A stretch of 64,000 bases of DNA, taken from NCBI GenBank assembly GCA_016218585.1, contig JACRDK010000025.1:27637-91636 (forward strand). Reading direction: 5' to 3'. Below the pieces are notes generated by a model. The model worked only from the letters and a program-made list of their open reading frames with translations. It was not told where the DNA came from and did no database searches. A program made the translations under genes and the position numbers. The DNA is from Candidatus Doudnabacteria bacterium. Its GTDB lineage: Bacteria; Patescibacteriota; Doudnabacteria; UBA920. Below are positions 26,309-36,864 of the stretch, piece by piece; the stretch's first letter is position 1, and every line of letters begins with the position of its first letter.

Positions 26309-26348
26309 TTATACTACTAAACAAAGATTGAATTAGATAATAAAGCGT

Positions 26349-26651
26349 ATGAAAAAAAATATTCTTGGTTCTATAACCCTAATTATATTCTCCATACTAG
26401 CTTGGATTTGGTGGCGAGGGAACCAACCCGGAACCGGACTAGGGTTAATTGCCTATATACCTATAATAATTATATTGCTGTTTTTAGGATGTATATCTTT
26501 AATCTTCTGGTTGGACTCAATGAAACCCACCTCGGTGCCAAGCGTTGGTGAAACAAGTAAAAAAATAATAACTTCGGTTATTATTGTTATTGTAACAATC
26601 GGAGTAATTTATCTAGGATACCACTTACTTATGGTGCAACTAGGAATATAA
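26349..26651 (+). CDS. Small hypothetical membrane protein (100 aa, 3 TM)
   Basis: Hydrophobic ORF with no recognisable motif. Confidence 0.4.
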   Translation: MKKNILGSITLIIFSILAWIWWRGNQPGTGLGLIAYIPIIIILLFLGCISLIFWLDSMKPTSVPSVGETSKKIITSVIIVIVTIGVIYLGYHLLMVQLGI

Positions 26652-26694
26652 TCTTAATAAATCTTTTTAATCAAATAACTAAATAAAATAATTT

Positions 26695-27000
26695 ATGAAA
26701 AAATTTTTAATTTACTGGAGCATAATCCTATTGGCGCTTACCGGAGCCGACTATTGGATGTCATATTATGGATCCAAAGCCACTTCTCTTTTTCATGGGT
26801 GGTTTTCTTTTATGGTGTTTGGCATTGCAATTCTTTGCATTATGCTCCCATCACTCCTAATTGGTTTTATTCTTACACGTCCGAACAATTCCCAAAACCC
26901 GTCCGACTCTCAAAATTTTTCAAATACCACCAAAACAATTCTTGTAATAATTGTACTTTTAGCAGCGCTATTCATAACTCGCTCAATATTTTTTAGGTAA
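26695..27000 (+). CDS. Small hypothetical membrane protein (101 aa)
   Basis: Hydrophobic ORF. The overlapping alternative-frame ORF 26754..26996 is rejected. Confidence 0.4.
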   Translation: MKKFLIYWSIILLALTGADYWMSYYGSKATSLFHGWFSFMVFGIAILCIMLPSLLIGFILTRPNNSQNPSDSQNFSNTTKTILVIIVLLAALFITRSIFFR

Positions 27001-27036
27001 GCTTGCCTGTTAAGTCACCCTAACTAATGCAATAAC

Positions 27037-27067
27037 AAAACACCCCTCACAAACTGGGGTGTTTTTT
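27037..27067 (+). terminator. Terminator
   Basis: aaaacacccctcacaaactggggtgtttttt. Confidence 0.7.
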
Positions 27068-27231
27068 AAATATTACCTTAGCTATGGGGGCTAAGAAAAA
27101 CGTTTCAGATTTTCTGAATTTGGCAAAATTCTGCTAAAAATCTGGCTTAAATAAAAGTAATTTTTTTGCTTATTTTAAGAGTTAAAAAAGGTTTTTCCTC
27201 ATATTTAAGCCAAAATAAGGCAAAAAACCCT

Positions 27232-27260
27232 TGATTTTTTCCCCGATAAAGCGTATAATG
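27232..27260 (+). promoter_or_regulatory. Near-consensus sigma70 promoter (-35 TTGATT, 17-nt spacer, -10 TATAAT)
   Basis: ttgatt + ttttccccgataaagcg + tataat. The promoter sits ~275 nt upstream of the next start codon. Confidence 0.55.
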
Positions 27261-27540
27261 CTTCTACAGAGTGCAGTTTGGCACTTTTTTGTTTACCCCG
27301 TTAAATTTGAGTTAACCCTCTTATTTTCCAGGGTACACCCAATTTAATCAATGTTTATAGTCATATATTATGGTTATTTACAAAGATTTAACTGGGTGAA
27401 ATAAGCACTCTTAAAGGAAACTGCTTTTAGCAGCAACCTTACGACTGTCGTTCAAAAATTCGGACGGGTCCAACAGTCGAACCTTAACAATATTTCTTCC
27501 CGATTTATCGGGATGAGGAGAAAGGAGTTTGATTCTAAGA

Positions 27541-28242
27541 ATGAAAGCTCTTTCTACCTTGAGGTCTGCCATTAGCCAAAGCTCCAATTTCGGCATTATT
27601 GCTTTGGTTATGCTAATTCCGGTTATTATGCCGCATTTAGCATTAGCTGCCGAGCTTCAGACCGCGGGGCAAACAAAAGCTCAAATTTTTGAAATCAAAG
27701 TTTCTGACCCAAATTTAGTCATACAAACTTTAAAAACAAACGACAGCAATTCACTTACTATAGATTCCATTCAGGATAACGACCCATTAGTAGTTAAACT
27801 GAAAGCTTATTTGGAAAAAAATGATTCTCCGTTAGGCATTTACGCCGACCAGATTATTTTACAGCCACAATGGCAAAGAGCTTTAGCTATTAGCTATGTG
27901 GAAAGCCATATGGGCCGCGATTGTTTTGATAACAATTGTAGCGGTATCGGTGTGAAGCCCGGACATCCGTCTTGGCGCAAATACCAGACTAAACTTGATT
28001 GGTTCGTTGACTTAAACACTTTATTGGAAAAACCAATTTATAAAGAAAAATATACAACCTTCGCTAAAATGAAAGGGGTATATGTACAACCAGGTAGCGC
28101 AAATTGGGTAAATGGTGCTCAAAGAAAATACGATGAGCTTATGGCCATTACCGAACAAGCTGAGGCTGAAAGACAAGAATTAGCTCAAAAGCACGTAATT
28201 ACTGTTGCTTCCTTGTCTACTTTCTCTAGCGATGCTAACTAA
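27541..28242 (+). CDS. Secreted hypothetical protein with signal peptide (~233 aa)
   Basis: N-terminal hydrophobic signal (IIALVMLIPVIMPHLALAA). RBS GGAGAAAGGAG. No recognisable catalytic motif. Confidence 0.5.
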   Translation: MKALSTLRSAISQSSNFGIIALVMLIPVIMPHLALAAELQTAGQTKAQIFEIKVSDPNLVIQTLKTNDSNSLTIDSIQDNDPLVVKLKAYLEKNDSPLGIYADQIILQPQWQRALAISYVESHMGRDCFDNNCSGIGVKPGHPSWRKYQTKLDWFVDLNTLLEKPIYKEKYTTFAKMKGVYVQPGSANWVNGAQRKYDELMAITEQAEAERQELAQKHVITVASLSTFSSDAN

Positions 28243-28276
28243 ACAAAACCCCTCCTTAAATGGAGGGGTTTTCGTT
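28243..28276. terminator. Bidirectional terminator
   Basis: aaaacccctccttaaatggaggggtttt. Confidence 0.75.
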
Positions 28277-28284
28277 TGTATAAA

Positions 28285-28371
28285 TGGTGCCCGAGGAGGG
28301 AGTCGAACCCTCAATCCCGTAAGGGCGACTGATCTTAAGTCAGTAGCGTATGCCAGTTCCGCCACTCGGGC
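28285..28371 (-). tRNA. tRNA-Leu (anticodon TAA), with a long variable arm
   Basis: Acceptor GCCCGAG/CTCGGGC, anticodon loop CTTAAGA, long extra arm, and CCA encoded. Confidence 0.8.
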
Positions 28372-28431
28372 ACGTATTCAGTTTTTGCCCCTAACTTTTT
28401 TGGAGCTAAAAAATCCGCGTTTCGAATTTTC

Positions 28432-28506
28432 TGGAGGTGCAGATGGGAATCGAACCCATGCATTGCGGTTTTGCAGACCGCCGCGTTACCACTTCGCCAC
28501 TGCACC
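28432..28506 (-). tRNA. tRNA-Cys (anticodon GCA)
   Basis: Anticodon loop CTGCAAA, discriminator U73, T-loop TTCGATT, and CCA encoded. Confidence 0.8.
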
Positions 28507-29006
28507 ATAGCCATTATTTTAGTGGAAAACGCGACTAAAATCAAGGCTTAACCTGGCGGAAGTAAATTTATCTTCTTAAACGGATAAAAAACCACGCGTC
28601 GTTCTTTGTCTGCTGCAAACCCAAACAACACTATATATTGTAATGCAATTGCCTCTGGTTTGACAAACCATTTCCTTGGGTGTAAATTATGTTTACAATT
28701 AATTTAGCTTAGGAGTTGGCAAGAATAAAAAACCAAAACTTTTTAAACCACAACGCAAGCAAGTCAACCCAATGGCTTAATTTACTGTAAACGGATTTCT
28801 TTGAGATCACGTTTTTTTTATTCCTGTAAAATCAGTATTCCTTGTAGTTGCTCGATTTATCGAGCTGCAATGGCCTGATAAATCAGGCAACTACAGCCAA
28901 GACAAATCTTGTTATTTGCCAAACCCTTGACAAATTTCTCAATTTCCAGTACAATATTATGTTTTGTGCGTAAAGAGCATTTTAATCAATCATAATTCTA
29001 AAGTAA

Positions 29007-30392
29007 ATGACCACAAAAACCGCCAGCAAAAAAAAGAATGGGTTCCGCAAATTTTGGCGCCTTGGCGCTGAAGAGCACAACACCCATAATTTTGACATTA
29101 GCCCCGACGGGGAACTGGTAGTCCGCGAAGGCAACTATCAATACAATATTTTTGATATTGTAAAAAAATACGGCACTTCCACGGAAATTGTTTTTCCTAC
29201 TATTATAGAAAACCGCGTGCGCGACTTAATTGAAACTTTTAATGCTTACATTAAAGTCTTGGGTTATCGCGGCCGCTTTTTCTATCACTACGCCATGAAG
29301 GTCAACCAAAATAAGGAATTTGTTTTGCCGGCCGTTGCCGAAGGCGCCAACCTGGAAGTCTCCAGCGCCAATGAACTTTTCCTGGTAAAACGGATGATTG
29401 AGCAGGATAAATTTAACGCAAAAATTCGGGTTATTTGTAATGGGCCGAAAACTGAAAAATATATTAGCCTGGTGGAAGAACTAAAGAGCAAGGGCTTGGT
29501 TGTTATTCCGATTATTGAAGACTATACCGAACTGGAACGCTTAAAAAAATTCAAAGGCGAAGTGGGTATTCGGGTAAACCTGAATATCAAAATCAACAGC
29601 CACTGGGATAAAAAGTTTAACCGTTTTGGTTTTACCGAAGAAGAAATTTTAAAAATCGGCAAAGTCCGCGGGCTTTCCGTTTTGCACTACCATATTTCCA
29701 GCCAGATTGAAAAAGTTGACGGACTGGTTAAGCCTTTAAAGCGCGCCATAGAACTTTACGCTGTTATGCGCGAAAAAAATCCAGGGTTAGACACCATAGA
29801 CATTGGCGGGGGAGCGGGCGTATCTTATGAAAAGAAAAAACATTTTTATACAGCCAAAAATTTAATCCAGCAGCTGATAAAAAATGCAAAAGCTTCCTGC
29901 GACAAACTTGGAGTAAAACATCCAGACATTATTGTGGAATGGGGACGCTATGTTGCAGCGCCGGCGCAAATTACCATTTATAAAATCTTGGCGGAAAAAA
30001 CCGTAGAGAACAAAGGCAAGAACAAATGGTATGTGGTCAACGGCAGCTTTATGAATGACCTTATAGACACCTGGGCCATTCACCAAAAATGGCACGTAAT
30101 CCCGGTTAACTCCATGAACACCAAGAAGCTGGAAAAAGTCTGGCTGGCGGGCAGTTCCTGCGATTCAGACGACAAGTACACGGCTGGCGGCGGCTACATT
30201 TTACTGCCAAGGCTTTCAGATAACGAAGAACTGTATATTGCCTTCTTAGACACCGGCGCCTACCAGGACTCTTTAGCCTCTCACCACTGTTTACTTTCTT
30301 CTCCGGCAAAACTTATTGCTCAAAATGGAGAAATAAAAGTTGCCCGCAAACGCGAAAGCTCGGAAGAAGTCGGAAAAATGTTTGGTTGGTAA
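29007..30392 (+). CDS. PLP-dependent decarboxylase of the Orn/DAP/Arg decarboxylase family (alanine-racemase fold, group IV)
   Basis: YAMKVN (PLP-lysine), DIGGGAGV, and LAGSSCDSDD motifs. Confidence 0.7.
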   Translation: MTTKTASKKKNGFRKFWRLGAEEHNTHNFDISPDGELVVREGNYQYNIFDIVKKYGTSTEIVFPTIIENRVRDLIETFNAYIKVLGYRGRFFYHYAMKVNQNKEFVLPAVAEGANLEVSSANELFLVKRMIEQDKFNAKIRVICNGPKTEKYISLVEELKSKGLVVIPIIEDYTELERLKKFKGEVGIRVNLNIKINSHWDKKFNRFGFTEEEILKIGKVRGLSVLHYHISSQIEKVDGLVKPLKRAIELYAVMREKNPGLDTIDIGGGAGVSYEKKKHFYTAKNLIQQLIKNAKASCDKLGVKHPDIIVEWGRYVAAPAQITIYKILAEKTVENKGKNKWYVVNGSFMNDLIDTWAIHQKWHVIPVNSMNTKKLEKVWLAGSSCDSDDKYTAGGGYILLPRLSDNEELYIAFLDTGAYQDSLASHHCLLSSPAKLIAQNGEIKVARKRESSEEVGKMFGW

Positions 30393-30423
30393 CAAATAGA
30401 TAAAAGATTTTAGATTATAGATA

Positions 30424-30453
30424 AAAAACCCTTCGCTTCGCGAAGGGTTTTTT
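30424..30453 (+). terminator. Terminator
   Basis: aaaaaacccttcgcttcgcgaagggttttttt. Confidence 0.75.
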
Positions 30454-30545
30454 TGGGGATAACTAATTCGCTTTTATTAAGGCCAGTAGTATAATAGAAT
30501 TATAAAAGGAATTTTAGTTTGCTATAACAAATCCTTTGAGAGGGG

Positions 30546-30776
30546 GTGAACAAAATGAAAGCTTTACATATGACAGCCTGGGTTTTAGTGGTTATTGGCG
30601 GTTTAAACTGGCTTCTAACCGCATTTCACTGGAACCTCGTTGAAAAAATCTTTGGCGTTGGCTCTACCATCACCATGATTATTTACATCCTTGTCGGACT
30701 ATCAGCGCTTTACGAATTATTCACCCACAAATCAACCTGCAAGATGTGTTCTTCCGGCAGCCAGCCGACAATGTAG
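30546..30776 (+). CDS. DUF378 family small membrane protein
   Basis: IGGLNWLLTAF...GVGSTITMIIYILVGLSALY matches the DUF378 pattern. Confidence 0.55.
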   Translation: MNKMKALHMTAWVLVVIGGLNWLLTAFHWNLVEKIFGVGSTITMIIYILVGLSALYELFTHKSTCKMCSSGSQPTM

Positions 30777-30788
30777 TATAAATTAAAA

Positions 30789-30828
30789 TAACCCGCCCCG
30801 ACAAAATCGGGACGGGTTATTTTTTTGT
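30789..30828. terminator. Bidirectional terminator
   Basis: aacccgccccgacaaaatcgggacgggtt followed by a T-run. Confidence 0.7.
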
Positions 30829-32003
30829 TATTTAGACTCTGTTTCAGCTGGCGCTTCTTCTTTTTTTTCTTCTTTTTTCGGAGCTTCAGTTAAAGCTTTA
30901 AGCGACAGGCCTAAGCGATGTTCGGCCGGTTCAATAGAAATAATTTTGAATTCTTTCTCTTCACCGGGCTTAAGAATTTCTTCCGGATTCTTAATGGCTT
31001 CGTGGGACAATTCCATTACGTGGGCCAATCCTTGAATATCTTTATCTAATTCCACAAATACGCCAAATGGCATAATTTTTATAACTTTGCCTGTGACAGC
31101 CTGGCCGATTTGGTATTTCTTTACCGCTTCCAACCAAGGATCTTCCTGCAATTGTTTTATAGACAACGACACGCGGCCTTTGTCGATGGAAATTACTTTG
31201 GCCTGAACCTTCTGCCCGACTTTTACAATGTCTTTCGGGTTATCAATTCTCTGCCAAGCCAATTCGGAAATGTGGACCAAACCTTCTAATTCGCCAAATT
31301 TCACAAAAGCTCCAAAATCTACCACGCCGGTAATTAAGCCTTCCACCACCATACCGATCTTAAGTTGAGACAATTTGCTTTCCATCTCTTTTTCAAAGAC
31401 GGCTTTTTCGCTGACAATCAATTTTTCTTCATCGCTGTCGGCGGTAATAATTTGAACATCAAACATTTGTCCGACATAGGACTGCAAAACGGAAAGAATG
31501 CGGTTCTTGTCGCCATCTTCCACGCGGGGATAGTGTTCTAAGGACAACTGAGATACCGGCAAGAAACCGGTAACATTGTTAATCTCTACCATAAGCCCGC
31601 CTTTGTTAGCTTCCAAAATTTTGGTGCGAACCAATTCGCGGCTTTCCATTTTTTCACGCAAAGTCTGCCATACTCTTTCCTGGCCGGCCTGGCGCAAAGA
31701 CAATTCAACAATGCCTTCCTTGTTTTCCGGTTCCACTACGGAGACAAAAATTTTGTCGCCCGGCTTTAAGGAAGCCAAGGTGGCTTCGTCGTCGTACAAT
31801 TCGCGTCCGCGAACTACGCCTACGCCGTAGCCTTCCAAATCTACATAAACTTCATTCTTTCCCACGGAAATAAGCGAGCCTTCGACCATATCGCCTGGCT
31901 TTAACACTTTAATTTCCACCCCGCTGGAGAGCAGGTCAGCCATAGTTTGAGCTTTGGCTGCGGCAGCCGGGATTACGGCTGCGGCTTGAGTTTCTTCTGA
32001 CAT
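30828..32003 (-). CDS. rpsA: 30S ribosomal protein S1 (four S1 domains, short form)
   Basis: Repeated S1 OB-fold motifs (G.VV.G.V.......G.FV...) and a KE-rich C-terminal tail. Confidence 0.85.
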   Translation of the reverse strand: MSEETQAAAVIPAAAAKAQTMADLLSSGVEIKVLKPGDMVEGSLISVGKNEVYVDLEGYGVGVVRGRELYDDEATLASLKPGDKIFVSVVEPENKEGIVELSLRQAGQERVWQTLREKMESRELVRTKILEANKGGLMVEINNVTGFLPVSQLSLEHYPRVEDGDKNRILSVLQSYVGQMFDVQIITADSDEEKLIVSEKAVFEKEMESKLSQLKIGMVVEGLITGVVDFGAFVKFGELEGLVHISELAWQRIDNPKDIVKVGQKVQAKVISIDKGRVSLSIKQLQEDPWLEAVKKYQIGQAVTGKVIKIMPFGVFVELDKDIQGLAHVMELSHEAIKNPEEILKPGEEKEFKIISIEPAEHRLGLSLKALTEAPKKEEKKEEAPAETESK

Positions 32004-32225
32004 AAATAATTCCTATTGACCAAAATTAAATAAATTCGTTGTTAATTGGGCAAAATTGCTCTGAGACAAAATAAAACAACGGCTAATCGTTGTCCAATTA
32101 AAAACCTTATTGCATTTGGTTAATTGTTAAAACGCTCTTCTAAATAAACTTATTTGGGGATTAATATTTTTTAACTTAGAGCGTTGCGCCAAATAAGTAA
32201 ACGCATTATAGCATTTACAAACCCT

Positions 32226-32254
32226 CTTGGCAAGTCTTTAAAAAGTTTCTATGA
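32226..32254 (+). promoter_or_regulatory. Putative promoter (-35 TTGGCA, 17-nt spacer, -10 TATGAT)
   Basis: Spacing and hexamers are close to consensus. Located upstream of the Cys-rich small ORF. Confidence 0.45.
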
Positions 32255-32273
32255 TAGTTACGAAGGGGGATAG

Positions 32274-32534
32274 ATGAGCGAAAAAAATATCCGTTGCGCG
32301 TTAATTAGACCAGGGGCAAAAGAAGCCTGCGGCGGGGAAGTGATCCCTTGCGCAGGTTTTCCTGAACCATGGCAGTCAGGACACATAACCTGGTTTAGGT
32401 TGTACGGACTAACCAACTACCAAGCTGCCAAAGCCAACCCTGACAAGGCAATTTGTCTGCAATGCGGAGAAGTTCAGACCCTTCCTGGAGCTGAAAATAT
32501 CCCGCCTGAGTGGACTGATACCTGCCCGATTTAA
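32274..32534 (+). CDS. Small Cys-rich hypothetical protein (86 aa)
   Basis: RBS GAAGGGGGA. Eight Cys, including a CLQCGE pair, which suggests a possible metal-binding fold. Confidence 0.4.
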   Translation: MSEKNIRCALIRPGAKEACGGEVIPCAGFPEPWQSGHITWFRLYGLTNYQAAKANPDKAICLQCGEVQTLPGAENIPPEWTDTCPI

Positions 32535-32636
32535 AGGGCGACGAAGACCATGCTAAGCCTTGGACCCATGTTGTTCCAAGGCTTCACTTTTTGCCTAAAA
32601 AAGTATATAATTTAACTACAAAATCGCAAAAATTCA

Positions 32637-32704
32637 CTACAGATACCTACAGAAATTGTCTGTAGGCATCTGTAGATTAGTATTAATTATTAGTAATTCT
32701 GTAG
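32637..32704. promoter_or_regulatory. Cluster of five CTACAG/CTGTAG hexamers, including the inverted repeat CCTACAGA-N5-TCTGTAGG
   Basis: Two CTACAG copies followed by three CTGTAG copies within 68 bp, directly upstream of the MBL-fold gene. Confidence 0.45.
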
Positions 32705-32708
32705 ACCT

Positions 32709-33335
32709 ATGCAAATTCAGTATTTTGGCCTTTCTTCATTCAAAATTAGCACTAAGGAAGCCGTAGTAATTACCGACCCGTTCCATAAAGACTCCGGTCT
32801 AACCCCGCCGAGAGGAGCTGCCGATATTTTAATTCTCTCCCAAAAAAACAAAAGCCTTTATTCGGCAATTTCCGGCATTTCCGGAGAGCACTTCGACATA
32901 ACCGATCCAGGCGAATACGACGTTAAAGGGGTTACCGTTACCGGCATTCCTTTAAAACAGGAAGATAAATATGTCACGATTTATTTAATTGAGAGCGAAG
33001 AAATTAGAATTCTAAATCTTTCGCATATAAAAGAATTCAACTTAAAAGAAGACGAGCTAGAAGAGCTTGGCGATATAGATATTTTAATTTTGCCTGTTGG
33101 CGGCAACACAGTAATGTCCGCCTCTACTGCGAGCAAGGTCGTTAACGAAATTGAGCCAAAAATTGTTATCCCTTCCCACTACAAAATGGGGGATTTAATT
33201 TTAGATTTGGATTCGGTAGAAAAATTTGTAAAAGAAATGGGCGGTAAAAAAGAAGAGATGGATAAGCTAACCGTAAAAAAGAAGGATCTGCAGGAAGAGG
33301 GGACAAAACTCATTGTGTTAGAACCGCTAAGGTAA
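32709..33335 (+). CDS. MBL-fold metal-dependent hydrolase (UPF0173/Lactamase_B_3-like)
   Basis: ILILPVGGNTVMSASTASKVVNEIEPKIVIPSHY is typical of UPF0173 metallo-hydrolases. Confidence 0.6.
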   Translation: MQIQYFGLSSFKISTKEAVVITDPFHKDSGLTPPRGAADILILSQKNKSLYSAISGISGEHFDITDPGEYDVKGVTVTGIPLKQEDKYVTIYLIESEEIRILNLSHIKEFNLKEDELEELGDIDILILPVGGNTVMSASTASKVVNEIEPKIVIPSHYKMGDLILDLDSVEKFVKEMGGKKEEMDKLTVKKKDLQEEGTKLIVLEPLR

Positions 33336-33403
33336 TTAAGGCTTGGTGATTGAGGTTAAATTTTAATCTTTCAATCATCTAATCTTTAAATTTTAAAATT
33401 ATT

Positions 33404-33607
33404 ATGTCCTGGATTCAAAACATACAAAATAAAACTCAGGCGGAAAAGCTGCGGATTATTTGGGCGGTGGCGATTGTGGTAGGAATTTTGTTAATCGCGG
33501 TTTGGGTTATTAGCTACCGTATGCATAAAAATGCCCCTGCCGATACCACCCTGTTTCAAACCATTGGCCGCGGCTTTAAAGATGTAAAAGATAATTTTAA
33601 AAAATGA
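33404..33607 (+). CDS. Small membrane protein (67 aa)
   Basis: One TM helix. Overlaps the next ORF via ATGA. Confidence 0.4.
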   Translation: MSWIQNIQNKTQAEKLRIIWAVAIVVGILLIAVWVISYRMHKNAPADTTLFQTIGRGFKDVKDNFKK

Positions 33608-34245
33608 ACCCGAGAAAACCACACGAATTAAGCCCTGAGTTAAAACAAAATTTTTTAACAAAAGAATATCTTACAAATTTTGTTAAAGAAGACAATGGGG
33701 AGAAAGCCAAGATTTTTTTAAACCGTTTGGATAAAATATCCGACTGGCTTAATAAATCAAAAAATTCTTTTACGGAATACATGATTGCAAAAAAAGAATG
33801 GGAGAGGTGGAAGAAAGAAGGGATGGCAACCAGAAAACCGCAAGCCGAAGAACTAACACAACTCAACTTGGACATTCACCCGGAATTTAGTAAGGCCAGG
33901 CAGGACTACAAAGAAAAAAAAGCCGCTTACTACCAAACCATAAGAGATGCCAGATTAAGAAAAAACTCAAAAAGCGGAATAGGCTTACAACACGACGAAA
34001 GATTAAAATTAATTAAACAGATAAATGAGTTTGCGGAAAACCTAAACATCCAAGCACCGAATTTTGAAAATCTTTTTTTGCCCGATGAATCAATAACGGT
34101 AACGGAAGAAGATATAAATAACCCGGACAAAGAAATTAATTACCCATTCTTAGAATATTTTTTTACAATAAACGAAATTCGAACAATAATTGGAAATCAA
34201 CTCAGAAGTTTTAAACTAGAACAAAACAAGAATTTACCATTATAA
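33604..34245 (+). CDS. Hypothetical K/E-rich protein (213 aa)
   Basis: Translationally coupled to the upstream ORF. No recognisable motifs. Confidence 0.4.
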   Translation: MNPRKPHELSPELKQNFLTKEYLTNFVKEDNGEKAKIFLNRLDKISDWLNKSKNSFTEYMIAKKEWERWKKEGMATRKPQAEELTQLNLDIHPEFSKARQDYKEKKAAYYQTIRDARLRKNSKSGIGLQHDERLKLIKQINEFAENLNIQAPNFENLFLPDESITVTEEDINNPDKEINYPFLEYFFTINEIRTIIGNQLRSFKLEQNKNLPL

Positions 34246-34249
34246 ACTT

Positions 34250-36715
34250 ATGCCAAAAGATTCAAAAGCAGAACTTAGCAACGATATAGGCACAATCAAA
34301 GCGCGCGACATTCAAACCGAAATGCAAGAGTCATATTTAGACTATGCTATGTCGGTAATTGTTGCCCGCGCCTTGCCAGATGTGCGCGACGGACTCAAGC
34401 CGGTACATCGCAGAATTTTATATGTAATGCACGAATTAGGCCTGCGCCACAACGTTAAATTCCGCAAATCCGCGGCTGTAGTCGGTGATGTGCTTGGTAA
34501 GTACCACCCGCACGGCGACGTGGCTGTTTATGACTCTATGGTGCATATGGCGCAACTGTTTGCCATGCGTTACCCGCTAATCGACGGGCAGGGAAACTTT
34601 GGTTCTATGGATGGCGATGGCGCGGCTGCTATGCGTTATACTGAAGCCAGAATGTCGGCCTTGGCTGAGGAGCTATTAACGGATTTAGACAAAGAAACTG
34701 TTGACTGGAGAGACAACTATGATGCTACCAGAAAAGAGCCTGTTGTCTTGCCCGGCAAACTTCCTAATTTGCTGCTTAACGGCACTCTTGGCATTGCCGT
34801 TGGTATGGCCACAGACATCCCGCCGCACAATTTAAACGAAATTAGCGATGCAATTATAAAGCTAATTGAAGACCCGGAAGCCACCACGGAAGACTTAATG
34901 GAATTTGTTAAAGGCCCGGATTTTCCAACCGGCGGAATTATTTATGATGTTGCTGCCATAAAAAACGCCTACGCTACCGGCAAGGGTGGAATTGTTATGC
35001 GCGCCAAAACCGAAATTACCGAAAGCAAAACCGGAGCTTTCCAAATTTTAGTCCACGAAATTCCTTACCGCGTTAACAAAGCTACTTTGCTGGAAAAAAT
35101 TGCCGAACTGGTTCGCGACAAAAAAATTGAAGGCATTAGAGACGTACGCGACGAATCCGACAAAGACGGCGTGCGTATTGTGGTGGACTTAAAAAAAGAC
35201 GGTTTGCCAAACAAAATTTTAAACCAACTTTTTTCCTACACGCAATTGCAGGAAACTTTCCATTTGAATATGCTGGCTTTAGTGGATGGTATTGAACCGC
35301 ACGTTTTAAACTTGAAAACCGTTTTAGAAAAATATTTGGAGCACCGCCAAATTGTGGTTAAGCGCCGCACGGCTTATGAACTAAAAAAAGCCAAAGAACG
35401 CGAACATATTTTGGAAGGGTTAAAGAAAGCTTTGGACCATATTGACGAGGTTATTAATACCATTAGAAAATCACCGACCAAAGAAGAAGCCAAAGTTAAC
35501 TTAATTAAAAAGTTCAAGCTCACCGACATTCAGGCCGATGCCATATTGGAAATGCGCTTGCAAACCTTGGCCGGTTTGGAACGCAAAAAGATTGACGACG
35601 AATTAAAAGAAAAGAAAGCGTTAATTGCGGAACTGGAAGGCATCTTGCATTCCAACAAAAAAATCCTGGGGATTATTAAAAAAGAAGTTCAGGAAATGAA
35701 AGATAAGTACGGCGACGACCGCCGCACTGCGGTAGTAAAAAATGCCATTGGCACTTTCTCCGCCGAAGACCTTATTCCGGAAAGCAATGTAATTATTACC
35801 ATTACCAAATCCGGCTACGTAAAACGTTTAGCTCCCGACACCTACAAAACCCAAAGCCGCGGCGGCAAAGGTGTTATTGGCCAGACTTTAAAAGAGGAAG
35901 ATGTTGTCGACAAATTAATTTCCTCCAACACTCACGACGACATTTTGTTCTTTACCAACAAAGGCCGCGTTTTCCAAACCAAAGTTTACGAACTGCCGGA
36001 AGGCAGCCGCACCAGCCGCGGACAGGCCCTGGTAAACTTCCTGCAATTACAAAACAATGAAATTGCCCAGGCAGTCTTAACCTTCTCTAAAAAAGACACT
36101 TCCAAATTCCTGGTAATGTCCACCAAGAATGGTTTAATAAAAAAAGTTTCCCGCGACGAATTTGCCAAAGTAAGGCGAAGCGGCATGATAGCCATTTCGC
36201 TCAAAGGCGACGACGAATTAATGTGGGTAGAAACCTCCGCCGGCGATGACCAAATAATGCTCTCCACCGAAAACGGGCAGGCCATCCGCTTTAATGAAAA
36301 AGATGTTCGCCCAATGGGACGCAATGCCAGCGGCGTTACCGGTATGCGCATAAAGAAGGACGACCATATTATTTCTATGGACATTATCCGCAAAGATATA
36401 AACGTGAAAGATTTGGAAGTGTTGGTGGTTACCGAAAATGGTTTAGGCAAAAAAACCGAGGCCGCTTACTATAAAATACAAAAGCGCGGCGGCAGCGGCA
36501 TTAAGACGTTGAAAGTCACGCCCAAAACCGGAAAAATTGTGGCAATGTATATTCTCAACAATTCCGAAGAACACGACCTGGTTATTATCTCCAAGTCCGG
36601 ACAGACTATTCGCACTCCGCTTAATGCCATTTCCACGCTTGGACGCGCCACACAAGGCGTCCGCGTTATGCGCCTGGAAGAAGGGGACAAAGTCGCCTCA
36701 GCAACAATTATCTAG
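34250..36715 (+). CDS. gyrA: DNA gyrase subunit A
   Basis: [27 protein letters not shown] (active-site Tyr region) and the C-terminal beta-pinwheel repeats. Confidence 0.95.
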   Translation: MPKDSKAELSNDIGTIKARDIQTEMQESYLDYAMSVIVARALPDVRDGLKPVHRRILYVMHELGLRHNVKFRKSAAVVGDVLGKYHPHGDVAVYDSMVHMAQLFAMRYPLIDGQGNFGSMDGDGAAAMRYTEARMSALAEELLTDLDKETVDWRDNYDATRKEPVVLPGKLPNLLLNGTLGIAVGMATDIPPHNLNEISDAIIKLIEDPEATTEDLMEFVKGPDFPTGGIIYDVAAIKNAYATGKGGIVMRAKTEITESKTGAFQILVHEIPYRVNKATLLEKIAELVRDKKIEGIRDVRDESDKDGVRIVVDLKKDGLPNKILNQLFSYTQLQETFHLNMLALVDGIEPHVLNLKTVLEKYLEHRQIVVKRRTAYELKKAKEREHILEGLKKALDHIDEVINTIRKSPTKEEAKVNLIKKFKLTDIQADAILEMRLQTLAGLERKKIDDELKEKKALIAELEGILHSNKKILGIIKKEVQEMKDKYGDDRRTAVVKNAIGTFSAEDLIPESNVIITITKSGYVKRLAPDTYKTQSRGGKGVIGQTLKEEDVVDKLISSNTHDDILFFTNKGRVFQTKVYELPEGSRTSRGQALVNFLQLQNNEIAQAVLTFSKKDTSKFLVMSTKNGLIKKVSRDEFAKVRRSGMIAISLKGDDELMWVETSAGDDQIMLSTENGQAIRFNEKDVRPMGRNASGVTGMRIKKDDHIISMDIIRKDINVKDLEVLVVTENGLGKKTEAAYYKIQKRGGSGIKTLKVTPKTGKIVAMYILNNSEEHDLVIISKSGQTIRTPLNAISTLGRATQGVRVMRLEEGDKVASATII

Positions 36716-36770
36716 ATATTCAAATGCTTTTAAATAAAATAAAGTCCATCTGGTCTTCCTTTGCCAAAAA

Positions 36771-36847
36771 CTTTCGGGCCTGACCCGAAAGGGGAGTTTT
36801 TGAAATACAAAACTTCGAGGCCTGCCCTTTCGGACAGGTCTTTTTTG
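36771..36847 (+). terminator. Tandem terminator hairpins after gyrA
   Basis: ctttcgggcctgacccgaaag followed by T's, and cctgccctttcggacagg followed by tttttt. Confidence 0.65.
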
Positions 36848-36864
36848 TTTGGCAAGGAGGTAAA

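Noticed and set aside
28180-28544. ORFs 28180..28365(-), 28205..28510(+) and 28335..28544(-)
   Set aside because: They overlap tRNA-Leu(TAA) and tRNA-Cys.
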